Positions 1-9,362 of a DNA stretch of 64,000 bases are shown here, in pieces. The stretch's first letter is position 1, and each line of letters begins with the position of its first letter. The translations under genes and the position numbers were made by a program. Below the pieces are notes generated by a model, which saw nothing but the letters and a program-made list of their open reading frames with translations, made no database searches and had not been told where the DNA came from. The DNA lies in the sequence record OQ411014.1, one strand, 5' to 3'.

Positions 1-2
1 TA

Positions 3-392
3 ACCATCAAGGATAAGACACAAATCTCCGAAATGTATGTTGGTGACTTGCGTTCTGTTATTGGTGAATACTTCAACGGTAAACAAGGTGTTACTGAGAA
101 ACAAGTAATGTCCTTTATCCAACAGCACATCCCGAACTTGGATAGTAAGATTTACCAAGAACTACTGGCAACGATTGAAGGTGGTCGTAAACAGTTCGCT
201 AACACACAGAAGTTGAAAATTGACCAGTGTGCATCGTATGATAAATTCCGTAAAAGTTTCTGGAATTCTAAAATCATCGATAACGGTACTTTCCCTGGTA
301 AGAACGTTGAACATTGGTGTACGGTAGTGTCTGACCAACAAACCCGAACAGCAATGCAAACTGGGATTCAAGAACCAATCAAATTTAGATAA
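3..392 (+). CDS. 5'-truncated phage protein, possibly LemA-like
   Basis: Frame stays open to the window edge; helical; followed by a terminator. LemA resemblance is an impression only. Confidence 0.45.
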   Translation, partial: TIKDKTQISEMYVGDLRSVIGEYFNGKQGVTEKQVMSFIQQHIPNLDSKIYQELLATIEGGRKQFANTQKLKIDQCASYDKFRKSFWNSKIIDNGTFPGKNVEHWCTVVSDQQTRTAMQTGIQEPIKFR

Positions 393-399
393 TAATACA

Positions 400-429
400 G
401 CGAAAGGTCATATGGCCTTTCGCTTTTTT
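400..429 (+). terminator. Rho-independent terminator
   Basis: gcgaaaggtca-ta-tggcctttcgc plus T6. Confidence 0.85.
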
Positions 430-442
430 GCGAGGAATACAT

Positions 443-1042
443 ATGCGTGAAGTACTGTTTACATTAGCTGATGGGTTAGCAACTTCCCATAAAGCAATCA
501 AAGAAACTAATCTATATAAAGAACTCAAACGATACAAATCTAACAATTTTAGTTATGTAGTAACGCCTGAAAATATTGAAATTTCTGCTCATGCTACATA
601 CACAGAACCGCCACCACCCAAGACTGGTCCAGCTTTGTCAACCAATAGTATTAGCGTTCCTAATGGTGCTATGACAGGCTACTACTTTTCAGGACCACAT
701 AATTATTTTATAAAGCTAAAACTCATTCTCAATGCATGGAATGAAGTTCTGAATATTCGCATAGTTCGCAATGTGAATAACCCCAACACTATCAACACTG
801 TAGGTTCGCACTCATTTACCATTACCAATGACGGTCAAAGTAACTACAGTCTAGAAGATGGTGGAGATCTTTTACATAACGTGCTATTTGTTGATAAAGA
901 CTATATCCTTTATGATGGGAAGGTGTATAATATCAATAGTTCTCCTACTGCATTCAATGAATCAATGTTCGGTGACACAATTACAGTACTGGATTTTGTG
1001 GAGATCAAAGAACGCTTTGAAGCTATCGTACGTGAAGGATAA
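443..1042 (+). CDS. hypothetical protein
   Basis: GAGG RBS before ATG 443. Confidence 0.7.
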   Translation: MREVLFTLADGLATSHKAIKETNLYKELKRYKSNNFSYVVTPENIEISAHATYTEPPPPKTGPALSTNSISVPNGAMTGYYFSGPHNYFIKLKLILNAWNEVLNIRIVRNVNNPNTINTVGSHSFTITNDGQSNYSLEDGGDLLHNVLFVDKDYILYDGKVYNINSSPTAFNESMFGDTITVLDFVEIKERFEAIVREG

Positions 1043-1046
1043 AAAA

Positions 1047-1520
1047 ATGTCAGAATTGTATGAAGAGTTTATTGAAGATGATGAAGCTGGTTACAACGAA
1101 ACACTAATTCATGGTGTTCGTGCATTGGTCAGTACTGGCATTCTAAAGAACATTAAGAGTGTTCAGGATGCAGTTCAATCTGGTTGTGCTTTCGAAATGG
1201 ATATCCTAGACAAAACTAATGTCTGGAATTCATTGAAGTGCAAAACCAATTACAACTCAATCTGTGTTGATTTTCTTTTACAGCCAGGAACACCCGAAAC
1301 CCGAAAAATGCATGTTGTATTCAGGGATGGTAAATGTATATTCTTTAGCGTTAGTATTCATGATATTGTCATGGACGTTGTTTTGTGTGATGATTCATTT
1401 ATGTTCAGCTATGGTGATAACATTACATATTCACATTTTGAAGAACATGAGTTCCAGTACTCTACATGTTCTGAAGCAGTCGCTTCTTTATTAGCACTAT
1501 CTAAAACTCGTAAGGAGTAA
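1047..1520 (+). CDS. hypothetical protein
   Basis: AAGGA RBS, ATG 1047 (the track's upstream extension overlaps the previous gene). Confidence 0.7.
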   Translation: MSELYEEFIEDDEAGYNETLIHGVRALVSTGILKNIKSVQDAVQSGCAFEMDILDKTNVWNSLKCKTNYNSICVDFLLQPGTPETRKMHVVFRDGKCIFFSVSIHDIVMDVVLCDDSFMFSYGDNITYSHFEEHEFQYSTCSEAVASLLALSKTRKE

Positions 1521-1523
1521 AAC

Positions 1524-1880
1524 ATGACTTGGATTTATCTTATTCTTTTATTCTCTGTAGTACTGTACCTTTTCTTTCTGAAAGGTGTTTCTGTAGTACT
1601 ACGCAAGATTGACAGTACTGAATGTGACGGTTCGATTGTGGATGTAATCATGGATTACCCACGTACAGTACTTGTGGGTTTATTTGTATTCTTGCTTATG
1701 TCCTTGTTTACTGTGCGTTATCAGATTGGTCAGATGTATGACTGTTCTGTTCGTAGTTCAGTACAGCAGGTACAAACGCAATATTCATGGTACTTTGATG
1801 TATGTCAGTTCAAGAACAAGTCCGGTGTTTGGATTGATTTCAAACAAGTTCGTGCTACACCGGATGGTGAGGAAGAGTAA
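1524..1880 (+). CDS. membrane protein (2 TM)
   Basis: AAGGAG RBS; two hydrophobic segments. Confidence 0.7.
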   Translation: MTWIYLILLFSVVLYLFFLKGVSVVLRKIDSTECDGSIVDVIMDYPRTVLVGLFVFLLMSLFTVRYQIGQMYDCSVRSSVQQVQTQYSWYFDVCQFKNKSGVWIDFKQVRATPDGEEE

Positions 1881-1886
1881 TATATA

Positions 1887-2363
1887 ATGTTCGAATTTGA
1901 AGAAGAGATTTATTTTGATCCTTCTGAAGATGGCTATACACACCTAAATGCGTATAGTAAAGGACGTACACGTTTGGGGAGGATGCTATCTAATTTTGCA
2001 TACTCCCCATTTGTGTTTGAGCCGTATGGTCACTTCAAATCGATGGAAGGATTCTGGTACTGGTACTGTACTGGTCAGAAGCATGATATTCTAAGAACCC
2101 TAAGTGGGGCGAAGGCCAAAGCTGAAGGCCAGAAGTTTCCTAGAGTGATTACATCAATGTCCGATGAAGATATCAGTACTATTCAAGATGCTATGGTAGC
2201 GAAGATAGTACAGAATAGTGAAATCAAAGATGCGTTGATGAAGTGTAATCTTGAGATAGTTCATTACTATGTATATGCAGGTAGGGTTGTACGATTAGAC
2301 CAGAAAGATGATTGGTTCGCAGAAACGCTGAACATGATTCGTGATGCATTACAGGGTAAATGA
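1887..2363 (+). CDS. NADAR-like protein (T4 gp30.3-like ADP-ribose hydrolase fold)
   Basis: LSNFAYSPF...F.SMEGFW and LSGAKAKAEG resemble T4 gp30.3 LSNFAQWPF...F..LEGFL and LSGLAAQQAG. Confidence 0.6.
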   Translation: MFEFEEEIYFDPSEDGYTHLNAYSKGRTRLGRMLSNFAYSPFVFEPYGHFKSMEGFWYWYCTGQKHDILRTLSGAKAKAEGQKFPRVITSMSDEDISTIQDAMVAKIVQNSEIKDALMKCNLEIVHYYVYAGRVVRLDQKDDWFAETLNMIRDALQGK

Positions 2364-2389
2364 GATGAAATGAAAAATTGTGATATAAT
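2360..2389 (+). promoter_or_regulatory. class II promoter ATGAGA-18-TATAAT with TGTGA
   Basis: Same architecture at 7 sites in the window. Confidence 0.75.
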
Positions 2390-2395
2390 CCTAAT

Positions 2396-2905
2396 ACAAT
2401 ACCAGTCCTTCGGGCGATACGTTCCCAGATTCGAAAAGTAGATGATGGATGAGCATGATGGTACATGCGAGTGCAGAGATACCCGTACGCGGCGTTTACG
2501 GCACGTTAAAGGAGCTTTTAGGCAGATAGGCTCCCTAGATAGGTAAACTGAAGGTCAACTTCACCATAATGCTAAGGGAGGCTCATATGAGCCACATGTA
2601 CGTTTGATCGAATAGACTGTACATGAAGTGGGCTAAGACCCCGACCGTTGCACATGACTGTGATAGAGAGAAACAGAGCAACCCGCTTTCGTTTCCTGAC
2701 CATTTTAGTACGGGTAAGTTGTATCTAAAATTCAGGAAAATTCACAATTCGATAATTCCGATGCTACCAGCGTCAGATTTAACATCCCCCCGTGGGGGAT
2801 GAAAATACCTCATCAAACCTCGTCAGGATATAAAGTACTAAAAGTGAATTGAGTTACGATAGTAACGAAAATTCTTTGACAATCGTAAGATTGGCGAATC
2901 AGAAC
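2396..2905 (+). ncRNA. large structured ncRNA, copy 1 (ROOL/GOLLD size class; family unassigned)
   Basis: No credible ORF; own promoter; many stems; blocks of 30/34, 21/22 and 32/36 nt identity to 45085-45640 in the same order. Confidence 0.8.
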
Positions 2906-2930
2906 CTTTACAACAATACAGGAATGAAGT

Positions 2931-3167
2931 ATGATAACAGCAATATGTGAAATGGCTGACCAAGCCAGTGGTATAAAAGATGTTAGATTGATAGAAAACA
3001 CATTACAAGCTATGCAAGATTATGAAGACTATTGTGATGATCAGATCATGTGTGGTTTGGGTTTTTGTGTATATTTCTTTGATACCGAGAAAGATATGAA
3101 AGGCTGGTCAGAAGATGATGTATATGAGTTTATGCGTATTAACGCTCACTTGGAGATTGAAGTATGA
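2931..3167 (+). CDS. acidic hypothetical protein
   Basis: AGGA RBS; overlaps next gene (ATGA). Confidence 0.65.
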   Translation: MITAICEMADQASGIKDVRLIENTLQAMQDYEDYCDDQIMCGLGFCVYFFDTEKDMKGWSEDDVYEFMRINAHLEIEV

Positions 3168-4105
3168 CTGAACTAAACAGAGCTAAAGGAAGTCTAATTG
3201 GATTAGCAGTAGGTGATGCAGTTGGAACGACTTTAGAGTTCAAAGTACGTGATGTCAAAAACATCACCGATATGGTAGGTGGTGGTCCGTTTAACCTCGA
3301 CGTAGGCCAGTGGACTGATGACACTAGTATGGCTCTTTGTTTGGGTTATGCACTTTTGCAAAATCATAATGTCAATGATATTGTTGATAGTATCAAGTGG
3401 TCACAAGTACAATTAGACAACTATGTAAAATGGTACATGAACGGTTACTGTAGTTCTAATGGATATTGCTTCGATATCGGAAGTACTACTCAAAGTGCAT
3501 TGCGTGCTTATATGAAAGATGGTGTCATTCGTAACAACGATCATTTCTTGGATTCAGGTAATGGTAGTCTTATGCGTCTTGCTCCAATTGCATTGTACTA
3601 TAACGCAAAGAATGTAGAAGAGTTCACAACTCTAGTGTATGCTGCTGACCTAAGTAGTACTACTACACATGCCAGTACTTTATGCCGTGAATCTTGTGTT
3701 GCATTTTCAGTACTACTCAATCGTGCTATCAATGGTATCGACGATAAGACTAAACTACTTGACTTCCCACCATCACTATGGAACGGTTTGGTGTCAGAGA
3801 AGTTAGTACTGGATGTGTTGAACGGTTCGTATAAGAATAAGACTCGTGAACAAATTAGTTCAAGTGGGTATGTTATTGATAGCCTAGAAGCCGCTCTATG
3901 GGCCTTCTGGAACACCGATAACTTCCGTGACGCTATCCTATTGGCTGCTAACTTAGGCAACGATGCAGACACTGTAGCGGCGATTACAGGGCAGATTGCA
4001 GGTGCTTTCTATGGTCTTGATGGTATCCCTGATGAATGGGTACAGAAGATTACAGCCACAGATGAAATCCAACAACTAGCTGAGGCTTTGTATAATGCAA
4101 ATTGA
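3164..4105 (+). CDS. ADP-ribosylglycohydrolase (ARH/DraG family)
   Basis: GLAVGDAVG, GQWTDDTSM, GNGSLMRLAP and LGNDADTVAAITGQIAGA motifs. Confidence 0.92.
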   Translation: MTELNRAKGSLIGLAVGDAVGTTLEFKVRDVKNITDMVGGGPFNLDVGQWTDDTSMALCLGYALLQNHNVNDIVDSIKWSQVQLDNYVKWYMNGYCSSNGYCFDIGSTTQSALRAYMKDGVIRNNDHFLDSGNGSLMRLAPIALYYNAKNVEEFTTLVYAADLSSTTTHASTLCRESCVAFSVLLNRAINGIDDKTKLLDFPPSLWNGLVSEKLVLDVLNGSYKNKTREQISSSGYVIDSLEAALWAFWNTDNFRDAILLAANLGNDADTVAAITGQIAGAFYGLDGIPDEWVQKITATDEIQQLAEALYNAN

Positions 4106-4541
4106 TAAGATTGTGAATGTCAAAATCGCACCAGGTCATAAAGTAACAATTGAACATACTTCGGTCGATACGCGTGAAACAATCGAAGCAGTTGTATCAT
4201 GTTCTACGCTAGATAATGGAAAAGGTGTTGCAGTCTTCAGTACTGAAGATGGTCAAGTCTTTACATGGAAACCTTCATTTTCTTCTTCACATGGGGAAGT
4301 AGTTCGAATTGATTCTGCACGTCCAGATGTTCTCGTCAATGCTTATGTAAGAGCATTCAGTACTGAAGTCCAACAGTACCGTCCGGTGCATGTAAATAGT
4401 GGTGAGTACACGTATACTGAAAAAGTATGTGAAACGCATAACTGGAGTGAAGCACTAGCACCACACGGTGATCATATATGTCTTGATTGTCGTATGGTAG
4501 TAAATGATAAATTTGAATTTGGAGTGTACTATGGGGATTAA
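4095..4541 (+). CDS. hypothetical protein with C-terminal Cys/His cluster
   Basis: CETH...HICLDC; overlapping gene arrangement. Confidence 0.65.
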   Translation: MQIDKIVNVKIAPGHKVTIEHTSVDTRETIEAVVSCSTLDNGKGVAVFSTEDGQVFTWKPSFSSSHGEVVRIDSARPDVLVNAYVRAFSTEVQQYRPVHVNSGEYTYTEKVCETHNWSEALAPHGDHICLDCRMVVNDKFEFGVYYGD

Positions 4542-4542
4542 C

Positions 4543-4764
4543 ATGTCGTACTGTATGTTTGAGAATACAGTGCGAGCATTAGAAGAAGTGTTAGAAAAGA
4601 TGTGGGAGCCGGATTTTGATCCTGATTCACTATCTTCACATGAGCGTCGTGCTTATAACCAACTCTATGAAATGGGTTCCTCTATTCACGCAGCAATCGA
4701 CGAGATCGAGGAACGCAAATATGATGAAGAACTAGCTAAACTGGATAAAGAAGATGACGAATAA
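4543..4764 (+). CDS. hypothetical protein
   Basis: GGGG RBS before ATG 4543. Confidence 0.65.
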   Translation: MSYCMFENTVRALEEVLEKMWEPDFDPDSLSSHERRAYNQLYEMGSSIHAAIDEIEERKYDEELAKLDKEDDE

Positions 4765-4960
4765 CATCCAGATGCCTTATATTATCACTGAACGTACAGT
4801 GATTGACATTGCTTACAATCCAGAGTATGGTGATAGTCGTATGTGTACTTGTGGTCATACATATGCACGTCATTTTGATTCATATGAAGATATGGACCCT
4901 GAAGGATGTAAGTACTGTGGTTGTATTGAATTTGTTGAAAAACTAAATAAGGACTTCTAA
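4754..4960 (+). CDS. small Zn-finger protein
   Basis: CTCGH...H...CKYCGC. Confidence 0.65.
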   Translation: MTNNIQMPYIITERTVIDIAYNPEYGDSRMCTCGHTYARHFDSYEDMDPEGCKYCGCIEFVEKLNKDF

Positions 4961-5460
4961 TGAAATATTATATGCTAAATGCAACTGATGCTAGTGGTCA
5001 TGGTAAAACTAATTTTTCTTACATTGACTTATCTGATAATAGTACTTTGGATGATGCGAAAGAAATCTTCTTAGAAGAGAACCCGTGGATTCAGTTCCAA
5101 GAAGTTGCTCGCATTACTGCACTGGAAATCGACCACAAAACCTATAAGGCAGGTTTGGCATTCAATGAATATGCACAGTACTGTCAAGATAAAGAATACG
5201 ATGAAGTGTACCAAGCAGCAACTGGTGAACACCCGTACCGAAACCCTAAATACACAAACAATCGTCTGTGGGAGCACCATAATATGTTTCCTACACGCAA
5301 ATGGGCTGAGATGCTCGCAGATCCAACCAAACCAGTACTGATCGGTTATCCGAAGATGTTTTCTGTGTTCAAGATGGACGATAAACGAAACCTACATTTC
5401 GTATATCATCATAGCAGTACTATTGACTTCCGTGATGATGCACGATTTGTCAAACAGTGA
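4960..5460 (+). CDS. hypothetical protein
   Basis: TAATG coupling to the previous gene. Confidence 0.7.
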   Translation: MKYYMLNATDASGHGKTNFSYIDLSDNSTLDDAKEIFLEENPWIQFQEVARITALEIDHKTYKAGLAFNEYAQYCQDKEYDEVYQAATGEHPYRNPKYTNNRLWEHHNMFPTRKWAEMLADPTKPVLIGYPKMFSVFKMDDKRNLHFVYHHSSTIDFRDDARFVKQ

Positions 5461-5468
5461 GATAGATA

Positions 5469-5738
5469 ATGGCAGTAAGACGTTACCCTGGTATATTTGA
5501 GTACTACAATAGTACTCAATTTGAAGAACATACTCAAGACAGCACAGTACTGATTAATACGTACTGGATTTGTACTGACATGGACTTCATGAAAAGTATA
5601 AAACAAGGTGTGTGGCAATACCATAGCAATAAAGGTGTAGCTGAATCAATCAGTTCACAACTACCAGGAACGACAGTACGTTTTATGGAATTTGCATATA
5701 TACCAAAAGAACCAAAGAGGATTGACAATGCAAAATGA
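5469..5738 (+). CDS. hypothetical protein
   Basis: ORF in tightly packed operon. Confidence 0.6.
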   Translation: MAVRRYPGIFEYYNSTQFEEHTQDSTVLINTYWICTDMDFMKSIKQGVWQYHSNKGVAESISSQLPGTTVRFMEFAYIPKEPKRIDNAK

Positions 5739-6060
5739 AGAGTATATTATTAGGTGTGAATGTGGTGACAAGACCGACCATGTGATTCATATCGCACAGT
5801 ACGATATCGGTGAAGATTGTGGTGATGATTCAATGGGTCAATGTGTCGTGTCATTACGTTTAGACCCACGTGCTTTCTGGTACAAGCGTGTGTGGTTGGC
5901 GTTCAAATACATCTTCGGTATTGGTAATCATTACCAGTATGTTGATACGTATATTGATGTTCAGTCATTGAAAGAAGTTGCTGAATCTTTGAAAGATACT
6001 CGTTCCGATGAACACAAAGAAGAAGCAAAAACTGATAAGACCATTCCAAAGGTATACTAA
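5728..6060 (+). CDS. hypothetical protein
   Basis: GAGG RBS before ATG 5728. Confidence 0.65.
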   Translation: MQNEEYIIRCECGDKTDHVIHIAQYDIGEDCGDDSMGQCVVSLRLDPRAFWYKRVWLAFKYIFGIGNHYQYVDTYIDVQSLKEVAESLKDTRSDEHKEEAKTDKTIPKVY

Positions 6061-6245
6061 TGGACAATTCGAAAGAATATAAGTACTGTACAGAATGTAC
6101 TTATGCTTTCACGTTTATGTCCGATAGAATATGCCCTAATTGTGGTGAAATGGACAGTACTGAAATATGTACTCGTCCATCACAATCGATAGACATTAGT
6201 CGATACCTAACATTGAAAGCTATGAAAGGACGTAAACAGTGCTAA
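6060..6245 (+). CDS. small Zn-ribbon protein
   Basis: CTEC...CPNC. Confidence 0.6.
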   Translation: MDNSKEYKYCTECTYAFTFMSDRICPNCGEMDSTEICTRPSQSIDISRYLTLKAMKGRKQC

Positions 6246-6637
6246 ACATTTACAATGAACTAATTGAACTTGATTTTTTCAAGAATCCAGCCCGTAAGAC
6301 AAGTACTGAATCATTCTTTGAAAAAGAATTCATGATGCATCTAATGTTTGAAGATGAATACAGTGATGATTCAGTGAATAGTATTCTAGTAGTGAAGGAT
6401 TTATCTGAAGGAAATCTCTCACACATCAATGTCAGTACTAATCGCTGTATGCTCCAGTACTCCAATGATACTGGAATGATTGCTATTGTCAGAGCTAATG
6501 TTTCTGAAGATTTATTCGTACCAATAGCGTGTGATGAAGGTCAGTTCTTTCAGCTTATGGTACTGGAGGATTTGGGGAAGATTACACATGAATATGTGAA
6601 ATTAGTTCAAGATGTTTATGCAATTTTGAGCAAATGA
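6239..6637 (+). CDS. family A protein (C-terminal EExFQ motif)
   Basis: DEGQFFQLMVLED. Confidence 0.7.
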   Translation: MLNIYNELIELDFFKNPARKTSTESFFEKEFMMHLMFEDEYSDDSVNSILVVKDLSEGNLSHINVSTNRCMLQYSNDTGMIAIVRANVSEDLFVPIACDEGQFFQLMVLEDLGKITHEYVKLVQDVYAILSK

Positions 6638-6655
6638 AATATATTGTGATATAAT
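6626..6655 (+). promoter_or_regulatory. class II promoter TTGAGC-18-TATAAT
   Basis: TGTGA before -10; shared architecture. Confidence 0.7.
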
Positions 6656-6665
6656 AAGGATATGT

Positions 6666-7646
6666 ATGTACGATACGTGTTTTGTGAGTAACGCACCAAT
6701 CACCCCAGGTGACCATGTGAAGTTATTCTATATCGCTGAGAAACGTGATATTTACGATACGAATCCACCAATGAAAAATAAAGGTGCAGGACAAACGTCC
6801 TGTACTGAAGATTATCTCATCATTGGATTTCCGGTTGAAGCAGTATATGATGAAGATGGGGATTACCAACACATTGATTATCCTGGATTTGAAGCTGAAT
6901 ACGTTCGTGATGTGATCACATCTCATTTAGCTTACGGATTCAGTGCAGTGATTGATTTTGGTGAAGCAACGTTATATACTCTTGATAAAATCATTCAAGA
7001 TGAGCAATTGGTTGTATCTCGCAATGGTATCCGCTCAAGGGTTCATAGAGTTGCAGTACTGGATTATATCTATGAAACAGTCCAAGATACGATTGACCCA
7101 TTTATACTGAGTTCGAATTCGTTCAAGCATTTAGCTAAAGCGTCAGTGAAACATAGTTATGCAATGTCATCTAAGACTGAATCAGTACAGCAATGGGCTA
7201 CTGAAAATGATAAGTACGTAAAGTTAGAGAAGATTCAAGACGCACAGGCTGACCAGTTCAAGTTCATTCATGCACTTGATGTTGTGAATACTAAGATACG
7301 ACCATCGTCACAAGTCAGTTCCACATATCATTTGGATAAAATTGCTTCATATCATTTACGCCTAGCACAGATTATGTTGCAGAAAGAATCCAGATTCTAT
7401 GCAAATACAAAATTCAATTTACAAGTGTGTAAGTGCATTACTCTGAAAGATTTAGAAGAGTTCTTCACTAATCACTATGACAGCGAAGTATATGAGAATG
7501 GTCTTTATGCGATAGAACGCTATAAGGAGCTATTCCAGTACGAATCACTTTATCTGGATTATGAATCGAGTAAAGCCTTACGCTTTGAGGTATTCTTTGA
7601 AGCCGTTGACGATCCCACTGTTCCTATCAAAGTGATAGTTACATAA
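6666..7646 (+). CDS. hypothetical protein
   Basis: 326 aa ORF with AAGGA RBS. Confidence 0.75.
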   Translation: MYDTCFVSNAPITPGDHVKLFYIAEKRDIYDTNPPMKNKGAGQTSCTEDYLIIGFPVEAVYDEDGDYQHIDYPGFEAEYVRDVITSHLAYGFSAVIDFGEATLYTLDKIIQDEQLVVSRNGIRSRVHRVAVLDYIYETVQDTIDPFILSSNSFKHLAKASVKHSYAMSSKTESVQQWATENDKYVKLEKIQDAQADQFKFIHALDVVNTKIRPSSQVSSTYHLDKIASYHLRLAQIMLQKESRFYANTKFNLQVCKCITLKDLEEFFTNHYDSEVYENGLYAIERYKELFQYESLYLDYESSKALRFEVFFEAVDDPTVPIKVIVT

Positions 7647-7718
7647 AAATTTACAATTATATGTAAATACGTACAGATGTAGAGGTTTTTTCTTTACATC
7701 TGTGCTATGGGAGAATAA

Positions 7719-8045
7719 ATGAAAGTAAAAGAGTTAATCATTAGACTTCAACAACTTGATCCTGAAGCCGTAGTACGTATACCAGTAACTTCAACGAGTT
7801 ATCCATATGGTAGTACTACTTCGGTGGATATTGACGGTGTTGGGGCTGGTATAGATTGGGACATAAGCATTGTACATGTGTATACAAAATCACCACTTGT
7901 ACATTTTATGCCTAATCAGTACGAGAACTTTATGAATGAATTGTTCGCAGCTAACAAGGCTCGTGATGTTGCATTCAAGAAAGGTATCAAAGATGCCAAA
8001 ATCGTCGAAATAAATATGAATCCTATATTTAAAACAGGAGTATAA
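7719..8045 (+). CDS. family B protein (MKVKELI..L...DPEA), paralog of 24293-24658
   Basis: GGAG RBS; shared N-terminus and G.DWD motif. Confidence 0.7.
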   Translation: MKVKELIIRLQQLDPEAVVRIPVTSTSYPYGSTTSVDIDGVGAGIDWDISIVHVYTKSPLVHFMPNQYENFMNELFAANKARDVAFKKGIKDAKIVEINMNPIFKTGV

Positions 8046-8047
8046 TA

Positions 8048-8605
8048 ATGCTACAAGAAATCCAAACACTAATTACACAAATTGAAAACTTCCTACAAGA
8101 AAAAGAAGGTTTCAGTGCAGAAGTCCACACTGCTGGTGCAGTACTGAAAGTTCATGAACCATCTGGTAATGAAGTACAGTACGATGGGTATGAACTACTC
8201 CTTTACACTCTAGCTTCACGTAAACTCGGTCATGAGATCAAACTAAGCGTAGTGAAAGATGAAAAAGGTAATGATACGTTCCGTATCAATTCAGGTGCTA
8301 ATTATGACCTTGATAAATATATTGCAGAAGTAAACAGTACAGTACTGTCTAAAGTGAAAGCTAAAGATGTACACGCAGTAGTAATGAGCCGTCAAACTGG
8401 TTCAGTAGAATTCCCGTACTGTATCAATACATTCTTTGAAGGTGGTTCTTGGTTGCGTTATGACGTAACTATGCCTGAAATGCTATATGCAGCTATTCAT
8501 GAACTACCAGTAGAAGAACAGTCTGACAAGTCATTCGCGTTTACTAAACTACGTAACATCACTGAAACTCTACGCGTAGAGATTGAAGAATTTCTCAAAA
8601 AATAA
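8048..8605 (+). CDS. hypothetical protein
   Basis: AGGAG RBS; 185 aa. Confidence 0.75.
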   Translation: MLQEIQTLITQIENFLQEKEGFSAEVHTAGAVLKVHEPSGNEVQYDGYELLLYTLASRKLGHEIKLSVVKDEKGNDTFRINSGANYDLDKYIAEVNSTVLSKVKAKDVHAVVMSRQTGSVEFPYCINTFFEGGSWLRYDVTMPEMLYAAIHELPVEEQSDKSFAFTKLRNITETLRVEIEEFLKK

Positions 8606-8613
8606 ATAAATTT

Positions 8614-8643
8614 TTGAACATTTCAGAAAAAATGTGATATAAT
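8614..8643 (+). promoter_or_regulatory. class II promoter TTGAAC-18-TATAAT for tRNA-Thr
   Basis: TGTGA before -10; followed by 5' hairpin tacaggaga/tctcctgta (8649-8673). Confidence 0.75.
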
Positions 8644-8681
8644 ATAAGTACAGGAGATGAGAGTTCTCCTGTAACAAATTA

Positions 8682-8754
8682 GCTTGAATAGCTCAGTAGG
8701 TAGAGCAGCGTACTTGTAATACGAAGGTCGTGGGTTCAATTCCTGCTTCAAGCA
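8682..8754 (+). tRNA. tRNA-Thr(TGT), CCA not encoded
   Basis: Acceptor gcttgaa/ttcaagc, loop ct-tgt-aa, T-loop ttcaat. Confidence 0.92.
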
Positions 8755-8792
8755 TTTATTCATACGATGATAATAAAAAATAAATATAGTCC

Positions 8793-8834
8793 TTGACAAT
8801 CTTACCCAGAATTTGTATTCTGGGTTTTCTTTTA
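8793..8834 (+). promoter_or_regulatory. overlapping sigma70 promoter (TTGACA-17-TATTCT) and terminator hairpin
   Basis: acccagaat/attctgggt plus T-tract. Confidence 0.6.
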
Positions 8835-8855
8835 ACTAATCAAAAGGTAAATCCT

Positions 8856-9362
8856 ATGCAAATGACTTACGAAGATACAATGACTCATCTCAGTACTATT
8901 GATATTGAAAAGTTCACTCTAGAAGTCACTACTGGCGACCGCAACAAGAAGATGTGGTACAGTGAATATGAAAATCAAGATGACCTGTATGTTGTGGTTT
9001 CTGATAACAGTTCTTGGGGATTGGTATCAATCACAGTATTCACACCAAATGCTGACAGGACAGTTTTGCATCGCTTCAACCGTTCTATCCATCCTAAGCA
9101 CGAACTGGACGTGATGAAGATTGAATCAATTATGTTCGACTTTGGTGGAAATCGAGATGATAAAGCGGACATTCCAGCAGTGTGCATTCAAAACCTAAGT
9201 ACACTGAAGTCCGAGTCTGATTTCTTCAGTTATATCCTAATGAACAACATCAATGATATCACACATCAGAATATCGTTGACTTCATTGAATTCACTGATA
9301 AACTGTACAGTAAATGGGTAGAACAGTTCGGTGAACCATCTCTAGGAGACGAAGATGAGTGA
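8856..9362 (+). CDS. family A protein
   Basis: AAGG RBS before ATG 8856; SESDFFSYILM. Confidence 0.65.
   Translation: MQMTYEDTMTHLSTIDIEKFTLEVTTGDRNKKMWYSEYENQDDLYVVVSDNSSWGLVSITVFTPNADRTVLHRFNRSIHPKHELDVMKIESIMFDFGGNRDDKADIPAVCIQNLSTLKSESDFFSYILMNNINDITHQNIVDFIEFTDKLYSKWVEQFGEPSLGDEDE

Noticed and set aside
2396-2905. Group I/II intron or mobile-element explanation for the large RNAs (also 45085-45640)
   Set aside because: Flanking ORFs are complete with their own RBS and stops; no group II domain V or group I P/Q/R/S motifs recognised; no RT, transposase or nuclease gene adjacent; each copy has its own promoter.
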